64,000 nucleotides of DNA, taken from assembly GCA_016861205.1 (NCBI GenBank), contig BOKX01000001.1, forward strand, positions 603,434 to 667,433. The letters are read 5' to 3'. The notes beneath the pieces were generated by a model. That model saw nothing but the letters and a program-made list of their open reading frames with translations, was not told where the DNA came from and ran no database searches. Shown piece by piece: positions 19,100 to 26,952 of this stretch; positions within the stretch are counted from its first letter, which is position 1; each line of letters begins with the position of its first letter. The stretch is from Patescibacteria group bacterium. GTDB lineage: Bacteria > Patescibacteriota > Microgenomatia > UBA1400 > PJMF01. A program made the translations under genes and the position numbers.

Positions 19100-19729
19100 T
19101 TAGTACACTAAATCTCGTTCACCAGCCGCGTACAGCTTAGCCAAGCGCGCCATTTTATAGTGATAGTTATCCCAACCCACTGGGAATGAGTCTTTGGTGA
19201 CCGTCAGCTTGGTTGGTTCCCCTGTATTGGTCAAACCGGTCGCCTCAAAAGTTTCGCCAAGTGTATGCAGTTTGAGTAATTTTTCGATGGGGCAGAGCAC
19301 AATAGTTTCTAGCTCGGTTTTATCTGGATGATACTCTTTCAGTGGTGTGTTATCGGTTACCAAATAAATGGTTACCAGATTGTGTCGAATCTCGCCTCGT
19401 TCATCAGGAATGACACTCATTTTTCGTCCCACCGCCAGACACTCTGCCGGATCGTAGTTTCGGCCCAACTCCTCTTCTGCCTCTCGCAATCCATCAAGTC
19501 CCTCTTCGCCAGTTTGGTAATGACCCCCCACGCTAGCATCAAGCTTGAGTGGTGCCCAGCTGGCTTCTGCGCTCCGCTGTTGATATAAAATTGCTGGTTC
19601 TGGATCAGTTCGGATGATCCACAAATTAAACGTGCCAATCCAATCCCCATCGTGAATCGCTTGTCGACGCTCTTTGACTTGACCTGAACGTGTAAACAGT
19701 GGCGGCTGCAAAATATCAACCATTTCCAT
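19100..19729 (-). CDS. NUDIX hydrolase (IDI-like)
   Basis: HDGDW, QQRS, GGHYQTGEEGLDGLREAEEELG. Confidence 0.9.
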   Translation of the reverse strand: MEMVDILQPPLFTRSGQVKERRQAIHDGDWIGTFNLWIIRTDPEPAILYQQRSAEASWAPLKLDASVGGHYQTGEEGLDGLREAEEELGRNYDPAECLAVGRKMSVIPDERGEIRHNLVTIYLVTDNTPLKEYHPDKTELETIVLCPIEKLLKLHTLGETFEATGLTNTGEPTKLTVTKDSFPVGWDNYHYKMARLAKLYAAGERDLVY

Positions 19730-19766
19730 ATTTGTATCCTGTGAGCTACACGCGCTCAGCTCCCCT

Positions 19767-20771
19767 CTACAACAAACTTAATACCGCATACTCTTCCGGC
19801 AGCAACCCGGCAGGCACTTGTTTCGTAGCTTTATGCACCGCCGCAAAATGGGGGACCAGGAGGTGTTTTTCGTAGGTGCTAAAAATTTTCGGATGAATGT
19901 AGTACTTACGACACACCGCTGTAGTATTTCCCAAGTGTTCAGCTACCGACTCCACGGTTTGGAGTAGTACTTTATCTACAGGTTGTTCCTCGGTCGGCTC
20001 ACCAAACCGATACAACGTATCGCCAGCTAAAGTCGTTCCACCCCAGGTGCGAAAGTCCTTGGCCGTCAGAGACTCACCCGTTATCTCTTTGAGATAGGCG
20101 TTCACATCAGCTGAGTCAACTTTGTGACGTTTACCCTCATCATCTACATACTGAAATAATTGATAGCCCGGCAACTCGATGCACTGCTTGATAGTGGTGG
20201 CAACCCGAGGATGAGTAATGTCTAGCTCGTGATACACATGGCTCTTACCTTTGAAACTAAACCGCACTGTGTTGCCCTCCACGTCGACGTGTTTGTTTCG
20301 CATAGTAGTTAAACCATAGGATTGATTCTCTTTGGCGTAGGTGGCGTTTCCCACCCGGATAAATGTGTGCTCGAGTAGCCACACGATCGTGGCTAAAACC
20401 CGCTCATAACTTAATGTGTGCTGACGCATGTGGCCACTAACTGTTTCTCGTAGAGTAGGCAGCACCTCGCCAAACTTCTGGAGTGAATCAAATTTATGAC
20501 GCTGATTGTACTCAACCCAATCAGGGTGATAGATATACTGTTTACGACCTTTGCCATCTGTACCAATGGCTTGAATATGCCCATGAGGATCTGAGCTGAT
20601 TTTGACATCAACCCAAGCAGGTGGAATCACTAATTTTTTGACTCGATCTTGGTCTCGTTCTGAAACAGGTTTGCCTAACCGATTGAGAACCACGAAGTGG
20701 TCTCCTCGCTTCTGTCGCCGCCAACTCAGCGTGACATCTGACACATACCGAATGCCCCGAGGTTTGTTCAT
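19767..20771 (-). CDS. DNA topoisomerase IB (bacterial/poxvirus-like)
   Basis: IPPAW, GRKQYIYH, IRVGN, FKGKS, KDFRTWGGT, LGNTTAVCRKYYIHP. Confidence 0.96.
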   Translation of the reverse strand: MNKPRGIRYVSDVTLSWRRQKRGDHFVVLNRLGKPVSERDQDRVKKLVIPPAWVDVKISSDPHGHIQAIGTDGKGRKQYIYHPDWVEYNQRHKFDSLQKFGEVLPTLRETVSGHMRQHTLSYERVLATIVWLLEHTFIRVGNATYAKENQSYGLTTMRNKHVDVEGNTVRFSFKGKSHVYHELDITHPRVATTIKQCIELPGYQLFQYVDDEGKRHKVDSADVNAYLKEITGESLTAKDFRTWGGTTLAGDTLYRFGEPTEEQPVDKVLLQTVESVAEHLGNTTAVCRKYYIHPKIFSTYEKHLLVPHFAAVHKATKQVPAGLLPEEYAVLSLL

Positions 20772-20828
20772 GACTTCACTATATCAGTTCAGTCGTGAAT
20801 GAAAACTACTGGCCGTGGCGGAAAGATA

Positions 20829-21149
20829 TTAGCTGAAAAATTGTTCGGCAAACTTGGTAAACTCTCGGATAATAGGCAAAATGGCGCGGCCTTTTCCGGT
20901 TAGATCATAGACTACCGATAACTTATCAACTGTTTCTTCTTGCCTGGCTACCACTCCTGCCTGCTCAAGTTTTTTGAGACGATTAGTTAATGTGGTGGGA
21001 TTTATGTTTCCCAAAGCTCGATTGAGTTCGTTGAATCGCAGCGGTTGTCGCGATAAGGTGCATAACACCGATAGGGTCCAGGTGTCACCCAAGAGACGCA
21101 GAGCTTGATTCAGTTCTTGCGATAGTCGTGGATCACGGTGGGTTGACAT
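20829..21149 (-). CDS. HxlR-family transcriptional regulator
   Basis: LLGDTWTL, RFNEL, LTNRLKKLE, YDLTGKG. Confidence 0.9.
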   Translation of the reverse strand: MSTHRDPRLSQELNQALRLLGDTWTLSVLCTLSRQPLRFNELNRALGNINPTTLTNRLKKLEQAGVVARQEETVDKLSVVYDLTGKGRAILPIIREFTKFAEQFFS

Positions 21150-21151
21150 AC

Positions 21152-21198
21152 TACATTTTTGGTAGTACTATATTTTTTGTATCACTACCAATTATGTA
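21152..21198. promoter_or_regulatory. Inverted repeat between divergent HxlR and LUD genes; putative operator
   Basis: TTGGTAGT (21159-21166) / ACTACCAA (21184-21191), flanked by TACAT/ATGTA. Confidence 0.55.
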
Positions 21199-21222
21199 TT
21201 ATTATAACGCATAGGAGCCAAA

Positions 21223-21837
21223 ATGACATCCACACTCCCAACCTCCCAAACCATCACCAAGACTATCTCCGCGCTTGCCGCTAATGGCATGACTGCCGAA
21301 GTCGTCTCCACTGCTGCCGACGCCAAAGCAGCTGTGCTGGCTCACATCCCAGCCGGAGCCGAAGTCATGACAATGACCTCTATTACCTTAGAACAAACTG
21401 GTTTAGCTGAAGCTTTAAATACAAAGCCATATGTGTCTGTCAAACAAAAGCTCAACGACATGAGTCGCGAAACTGAGTCGCAACGTATGCAAGAGTTGGG
21501 CGCTGCACCGAGTTGGGCAGTCGGAAGTGTACACGGCATTACCGAGGACGGTCAGGTCGTGGTCACTTCCAACACTGGCAGCCAATTACCGGCCTACGTT
21601 TATGGAGCAGAGCATGTGGTATGGGTGGTCAGCACTAAAAAAGTTGTGCCAACTATCGATGCCGCGTTAGCACGAATCAAGGAAGAAGTTGTCCCTAAAG
21701 AATCTGCTCGCGCGCGCAAAGCGTACGGTTTACCCGACACCTGGCATACCAACATGAGCAAAACACTGATTGTTAATCGCGAAATTACTCCCAATCGGAT
21801 TCACGTTGTGTTTGTAAACGAAGACCTAGGTTTCTAA
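21223..21837 (+). CDS. LUD (lactate utilization) domain protein
   Basis: GSVHGITEDG, SNTGSQLPAYVYGA, C-terminal EDLGF; SD TAGGAG. Confidence 0.88.
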   Translation: MTSTLPTSQTITKTISALAANGMTAEVVSTAADAKAAVLAHIPAGAEVMTMTSITLEQTGLAEALNTKPYVSVKQKLNDMSRETESQRMQELGAAPSWAVGSVHGITEDGQVVVTSNTGSQLPAYVYGAEHVVWVVSTKKVVPTIDAALARIKEEVVPKESARARKAYGLPDTWHTNMSKTLIVNREITPNRIHVVFVNEDLGF

Positions 21838-21867
21838 GGTCTTAAAGCCAAGTTAGGCAGACATAAA

Positions 21868-22122
21868 CTACTTGCTTACCTTAGCAATCCATTCGGTCAA
21901 CTCCTGCAGCCGTCTTGTTTGGAGCTGATACAACCGAAACTGGGCTACTCGCTGAACTTTGACTAAGCCCGCCTGCCGCAACACCTTCAGATGTTGCGAC
22001 ACGGCGGGCTGGCTTATCTCAAACCGCTGACTAATATTTGAAGCCGACAATTGTCCGAAATCCGCCAGCAACTCCAAAATGTGCCTGCGAACTGGGTCCG
22101 ACAAAACCAAAAAAATGTCCAT
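21868..22122 (-). CDS. ArsR/SmtB-family transcriptional regulator
   Basis: LSDPVRRHILELL, SQPAVSQHLKVLRQAGLV. Confidence 0.92.
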   Translation of the reverse strand: MDIFLVLSDPVRRHILELLADFGQLSASNISQRFEISQPAVSQHLKVLRQAGLVKVQRVAQFRLYQLQTRRLQELTEWIAKVSK

Positions 22123-22142
22123 ATCTGCATGGTATAGCTGAT

Positions 22143-22170
22143 CGTTATTTAAGTCAAAACTTAAATAACG
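22143..22170. promoter_or_regulatory. Perfect 12-4-12 inverted repeat; putative ArsR-family operator
   Basis: CGTTATTTAAGT-CAAA-ACTTAAATAACG, 20 bp upstream of the ArsR start. Confidence 0.8.
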
Positions 22171-22245
22171 GGGGAGTCACCGGCCTCTGCTGCTCTTGTC
22201 ATGAGCATGACATCAATGTCATACTCACATTGAGATAATTACCTT

Positions 22246-22911
22246 ATGCCAAATGTCCCCTCCAAACCATCTGAGTTAATGCTGTATCTGAAAGTGCTTA
22301 TCTTCAGTGCCCTCCTCTATGGTGGCGCATATGCATACACTTCTTGGCTCAAGGTACCCAACATCATCAACAAAACAACAGCTGACGTCTCGATTATTCT
22401 CATCGGTTTGTCGATGTGGCTAACTTCCCTTGGTTACTACTTCAATGTATTTGATACATTAATTCGCTATCGCAAGCACTTGGGACTGGTTGGCTTTGCA
22501 TATGGAGTGGCCCATATTTTACTGTCATTTTCTGCCCTGCAAAATTTATTCAGAGCGGAAACCTGGGAAAATGGTTTGATGTGGCCTGCTTTAAATGGCT
22601 TACTCGCCACCATGATTTTTACCATCATGACACTCATCTCAAACACTTTTATGGCCAAAACCTTGGGTGGCAAGTTGTGGCGACAGATTCTGCGAACTGG
22701 CTATATTGCCGTGATCTTTGTGTGGTTCCACGTCGTCTTGTTGAAGTCTGCTCGCTGGATCACATGGTATGAGGCAGGCATGCAAACACCGCCAGCCATG
22801 AGTTTGATTGTCACCATTTTCATGACAATCGTAGTCCTGATGCGAATTGCTCTGTGGTGGTCACTGCGACGCCAACGAGCTATGACCAGTCAAATGCTCA
22901 ACCGAAGGTAA
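22246..22911 (+). CDS. Ferric reductase-like transmembrane protein (MsrQ/YedZ-like)
   Basis: YRKHLGLVGFAYGVAH, TLISN...LGGKLWRQI, WFH; multiple TM helices. Confidence 0.8.
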   Translation: MPNVPSKPSELMLYLKVLIFSALLYGGAYAYTSWLKVPNIINKTTADVSIILIGLSMWLTSLGYYFNVFDTLIRYRKHLGLVGFAYGVAHILLSFSALQNLFRAETWENGLMWPALNGLLATMIFTIMTLISNTFMAKTLGGKLWRQILRTGYIAVIFVWFHVVLLKSARWITWYEAGMQTPPAMSLIVTIFMTIVVLMRIALWWSLRRQRAMTSQMLNRR

Positions 22912-24631
22912 ACGCAAAAAGCTCAACTCCTCCAGCAGGGAACTCAAGCTGGAGTTCATGCTGGCCTGGTGACGCTAGATTAATTAATTTATAAAGTTGG
23001 TCACCTGTAATACTCACTTCACCTGCCTGGTTATCAGCGCCGAGGGCTTGAACTTGGCCGTCAAGCCAAACTTTCATCCGCACTGGTTCAGCAGTCGGCC
23101 TGGCAACCAGGAAAACTTCTTTGGCGTTGAAGTTGAGATACAGTCTGGCACCCACTTCTGGTCGAGCTGCCTCACTAGTCACTGTCCAGCCACCCTCAAA
23201 GCCAAACGAGTTGCCGGGAAGTGGGTCAGGGGCTGTAAAAGTCAGCTGTTGATCAGGGACCACCCGTTCTGGTGATGCGAGGTACTCCATCCGAGCATAA
23301 CCCAAGTATGTTTCAGGAGTTCTGGAGTACGTTTGGTAGGTGGGATTGCTGGGTACTTGCTGGCTAACTTCGGCCCCAGTTTCTTGAAGCAGTTTTCGAA
23401 TCATCGCCTCGGTATCGTCATAAGCACCTTCGCCAAAATGGGTGTAACGAACTTGACCATCTTTGTCGATCAGGTACTTAGCTGGCCAGTACTGATTGCG
23501 GTACGCCCGCCAGGTCGCAAAGTTGTTATCTTGCATGACCGGATATGTTAGTTGAAAATCGGTTAGCGCTTTTTTAACATTGGCCGGATCTTTTTCAAAC
23601 TCAAATTCTGGTGAGTGAACGCCAATAATTACTAACCCATCGGCTTCATACTTCTCCCACCAACTTCGAAGATACGGCATCGTTCGCTGACAGTTGATGC
23701 AGCTGTAGGTCCAGAAATCTACCAAAACCACCTTGCCCCGCAGATCTGCTAGTCGCAAACCATTTGGATAACCTGATGGTAGATTGAACCACTCGCCCCC
23801 TGGGACCAACTCGGGAGCAGGAACACCTTTAGACTGGGTCATGTCCGCCGTACTTTTTCCCAACATGTCTTCATCAATGGGGTTTTGATTAAACAGCTGC
23901 AGTTGTTCTCGCACTGTGGCCCGATCTTCAAGCTTGGTTAAACCAGTTCCATAGTTGGGGAACGTACTTAAAATAAAGGTTTGAAACGCACGATCAAGGT
24001 TCAGCAAAATCGCGAGTGCTGTTGCTATCATCACCGCTCCAAATCCTTTCTGAATTTTGCCGGTGTTCGCAACCAACCAAGGCACTTTTTGCAGTGCGGT
24101 CGCTCCAGCTAACATTACACCAAACATGGGAAGAGCCGTCCCTACCGCATACGCTAACGTGATAACAAACGCCTGTGCAGACACACTCCCGCTCAAAGCC
24201 AAACTAATCACAGACGCTAAGATCGGCCCCACGCACGGTGTCCACAGCAAACCGAGCGATAAACCAACAATTAGGCCGCCAACCAACCCACTTCTACCCT
24301 GTTGGTTGGGGATGAAGTTGGCTAGTTGGCTGAACCACTTTTCAAGTTGCAGTTGGACGCTGGGAATTAATAAACTCAACCCAAACCCAGCTAAAATGAC
24401 AATTGATACTAACCGCATTGCGTCAGCTGGAATCCCAGTTAGCCTCACCAAACTCGATAGAAATAAAGTAAAAAAGGTGAAACTGGCCACAAAGCCAAGT
24501 ACTACTCCCAGTGGCCGCTGCCGGCTACCGTCAGCAGTCGAGAGAATTATTGGCAAAAGTGGCAAAATACATGGTGACAAAACAGTCACCACTCCTGCAA
24601 TGAACGCGAACAAAGTGAGAATCAACATCAC
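22898..24631 (-). CDS. dipZ: DipZ: CcdA-type membrane domain + thioredoxin + C-terminal domain
   Basis: SPCILPLLP, WTPCVGP, DFWTYSCINCQR, GVHSPEF, TPETYLG. Confidence 0.93.
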   Translation of the reverse strand: MMLILTLFAFIAGVVTVLSPCILPLLPIILSTADGSRQRPLGVVLGFVASFTFFTLFLSSLVRLTGIPADAMRLVSIVILAGFGLSLLIPSVQLQLEKWFSQLANFIPNQQGRSGLVGGLIVGLSLGLLWTPCVGPILASVISLALSGSVSAQAFVITLAYAVGTALPMFGVMLAGATALQKVPWLVANTGKIQKGFGAVMIATALAILLNLDRAFQTFILSTFPNYGTGLTKLEDRATVREQLQLFNQNPIDEDMLGKSTADMTQSKGVPAPELVPGGEWFNLPSGYPNGLRLADLRGKVVLVDFWTYSCINCQRTMPYLRSWWEKYEADGLVIIGVHSPEFEFEKDPANVKKALTDFQLTYPVMQDNNFATWRAYRNQYWPAKYLIDKDGQVRYTHFGEGAYDDTEAMIRKLLQETGAEVSQQVPSNPTYQTYSRTPETYLGYARMEYLASPERVVPDQQLTFTAPDPLPGNSFGFEGGWTVTSEAARPEVGARLYLNFNAKEVFLVARPTAEPVRMKVWLDGQVQALGADNQAGEVSITGDQLYKLINLASPGQHELQLEFPAGGVELFAFTFG

Positions 24632-24640
24632 TGCCTCCTA

Positions 24641-25234
24641 TTACTTAATTCGTTCGAGTAACTCTTTCATCTGGCCCCCATTCCACTTGGTAACTACGTT
24701 ACCTTGTGCGTCGAGCTGCACGTATGTGTGTTGGTAGGTCACTCCATACTTTTTAGCCAAGTCTTTTTCGGCTTGATCCGTCTCAGTGTCATTGTAGTTA
24801 ACTCGAATCAACGTTACATCACTTGGTAATTGCGCTGCATTGGCGGTGAAGTCTGCGTCAGCAGGCTTACACGTTGGACACCAATTGGCATAGAAAAAGA
24901 GGACTCTTCGGCTACCAGCTGCTTGACTCAAAGCGGTTGGTGAAAACGGTACATAACGACTGTCTGCCTTCATCATGGTATCGGCGGCCACCAGGCTATC
25001 TTTGGATTGGTCTTCACCCTTGTCCATCATCACATCTTTGGCCATATTCTCATCGGCAGCATCTTTGGCCATGGTGTCATCAGCTATCACGATATCTTTT
25101 CCAGCATCTGTGCCAGCCATCATGGTATCAGTCGTTTTTTCCATGATCGAGTCTGGCCGACTCATCCAAGCATATGCGCCAGCGCCTGCTAGCAACACCA
25201 TTGCGCCACTCACAATCAGTAAGGTTGGTTTCAT
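24641..25234 (-). CDS. Membrane-anchored thioredoxin-family protein with Met-rich linker
   Basis: FYANWCPTC, YGVTYQHT; SD GGAGG 6 nt before ATG 25234. Confidence 0.88.
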   Translation of the reverse strand: MKPTLLIVSGAMVLLAGAGAYAWMSRPDSIMEKTTDTMMAGTDAGKDIVIADDTMAKDAADENMAKDVMMDKGEDQSKDSLVAADTMMKADSRYVPFSPTALSQAAGSRRVLFFYANWCPTCKPADADFTANAAQLPSDVTLIRVNYNDTETDQAEKDLAKKYGVTYQHTYVQLDAQGNVVTKWNGGQMKELLERIK

Positions 25235-25266
25235 AAGCATCCTCCTGCCTATCATCCTAACTGATA

Positions 25267-25294
25267 GTAAAGTTAAATGTCAAGTTAACTTTAC
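25267..25294. promoter_or_regulatory. Perfect 10-8-10 inverted repeat overlapping a minus-strand TTGACA; putative XRE operator
   Basis: GTAAAGTTAA-ATGTCAAG-TTAACTTTAC. Confidence 0.7.
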
Positions 25295-25297
25295 ATT

Positions 25298-25657
25298 TTA
25301 GTTGGTAAAGTGATGAAACATTCGAGTCAATAGTTTGGTTAAAACCATAGCCGATAAGGCGTAAATGAGCCAAGGATCGACATCATGTCGTACGGCCTGA
25401 AGCACGATGCCAACCACTAAAATGGTGGCACCCATTAGAAATGAAACACGACCTGATTTTTGAATGTGTGCTAGATCACGCTCATCTTTAGGCTGCTCTC
25501 GCCAGATCAGACCGACAAAACTTAAGAAACCCACAATGAGCGCCATGATAAGCAGCATGCTCACCGAGTCAGGCATTAACAGATGAGTCGGGTTCAAAAA
25601 GACCCCCAAAATTATCAGAATAATCAAACTAATTATGATCTCGATGCTTAGTTTCAT
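25298..25657 (-). CDS. Small membrane protein (DUF2178-like)
   Basis: Four TM segments with DER motif (KDERD), overlapping the XRE gene. Confidence 0.65.
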   Translation of the reverse strand: MKLSIEIIISLIILIILGVFLNPTHLLMPDSVSMLLIMALIVGFLSFVGLIWREQPKDERDLAHIQKSGRVSFLMGATILVVGIVLQAVRHDVDPWLIYALSAMVLTKLLTRMFHHFTN

Positions 25658-25857
25658 GGTAAAGTAAATATACTCTCTACTGACTGGTTTAAAAACCTAG
25701 CAATTTTGAGTGCCAACAAAACTGATGGCGTGTAGTTGCCTTTCTCGATAGCAATGATGGTCTGACGGGTCACGCCAACGGCTTTGGCAAGTTCTTCTTG
25801 GGTGAGTTTGCGTCCTTGCCGGAATTGAGCTAGTGAGTTGATAACTTGATCAGACAT
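25654..25857 (-). CDS. XRE-family HTH transcriptional regulator
   Basis: TQEELAKAVGVTRQTIIAIEKGNYTPSVLLALKIA. Confidence 0.95.
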   Translation of the reverse strand: MSDQVINSLAQFRQGRKLTQEELAKAVGVTRQTIIAIEKGNYTPSVLLALKIARFLNQSVESIFTLP

Positions 25858-25888
25858 CAGCGGCATTATATATGCTACACTGACAGAA

Positions 25889-26308
25889 ATGTTGACAGAT
25901 CAAGAACTAACCCCGTTAATCACTGCTCCCAAAGTTATTGCGGTCGTAGGTCTATCAGACAAACCAGAGCGCCCCAGCTACCAAGTAGCCAGCTACCTGA
26001 TAGATCAAGGCTTCACGATTCTTCCCGTTAATCCCACTATCAGTGAAGTTTTTGGCCTAAGTGCGTACCCTTCTCTTGAGACAATACCTGACACGATTCA
26101 TATTGATATTGTGGATATTTTTCGGCAGTCCGAGGCGGTCCTCCCTATTGTGAAAACAGTCATTGAGTCACATCAAAAGCCACTGGTTTGGATGCAAGAA
26201 GGTGTCATCTCTCCCGAGGCACAGAAGCTAGCTGAGATGAACGGACTCAAAGTTATTATGGATCAGTGCTTAATGAAAACCCATCGGCGACTTGGCCTGA
26301 CACGCTAA
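25889..26308 (+). CDS. CoA-binding protein (YccU-like)
   Basis: IAVVGLSDKPERPSY, PVNP, DIVDIFR, WMQEG, DQCL. Confidence 0.93.
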   Translation: MLTDQELTPLITAPKVIAVVGLSDKPERPSYQVASYLIDQGFTILPVNPTISEVFGLSAYPSLETIPDTIHIDIVDIFRQSEAVLPIVKTVIESHQKPLVWMQEGVISPEAQKLAEMNGLKVIMDQCLMKTHRRLGLTR

Positions 26309-26392
26309 CCACCTGCATCAAGACACGCTGCACTTTACCGCTCATTTAGTCTGGTACAATACCCCTCACTTACTATCATTTTTAAGGTAAAT

Positions 26393-26923
26393 ATGACCGG
26401 TACTGAACTGACTCGTGAACAAGCTCGCCAAAACTTTCTTGCCTATCTGCAACGACCTAACTCGGACTTAACTGCTAACACCATGCGGGCATGCTTAAAA
26501 GCCGTCGAAACTGCCTGCATAGATGAGCTCGGTAATGATGAAGCCGCTCAGGCTTACATCACTACTATTCTCAGAACACTGGCCACTTCTGCCGCTGAAG
26601 AAGTTAATCGCCGGGTCGAAATTAAAGACCCTAGTTTATCAGAAACCGAAGCTCAAGAAACATTAGGCATCTTAATGCTGTTTGCTCCTGACCTGGCTCG
26701 ACAGTTACTGGCCAAAGCTGCCCTTACCGATCCTGCGGCTGCAGCTGAGTTACCAGTCCCTGATCCACAAACCATGACTTCAGGCAAAGGTAGTCAGTCG
26801 CCTGTTACCACTCGTCGTGAACCAACTTCCTCTGACCCAACCGGGGCACTCGACCCTGTAGCCCCAGGCAGCTCACGTCGGCGTGGTCGACCACCAGGTT
26901 CTAAGAATAAGAAACGTAAGTAG
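26393..26923 (+). CDS. Hypothetical protein with C-terminal AT-hook
   Basis: Ends RRRGRPPGSKNKKRK. Confidence 0.7.
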   Translation: MTGTELTREQARQNFLAYLQRPNSDLTANTMRACLKAVETACIDELGNDEAAQAYITTILRTLATSAAEEVNRRVEIKDPSLSETEAQETLGILMLFAPDLARQLLAKAALTDPAAAAELPVPDPQTMTSGKGSQSPVTTRREPTSSDPTGALDPVAPGSSRRRGRPPGSKNKKRK

Positions 26924-26952
26924 TCGAACTCTAGCTTCCTAATATTAATCAC

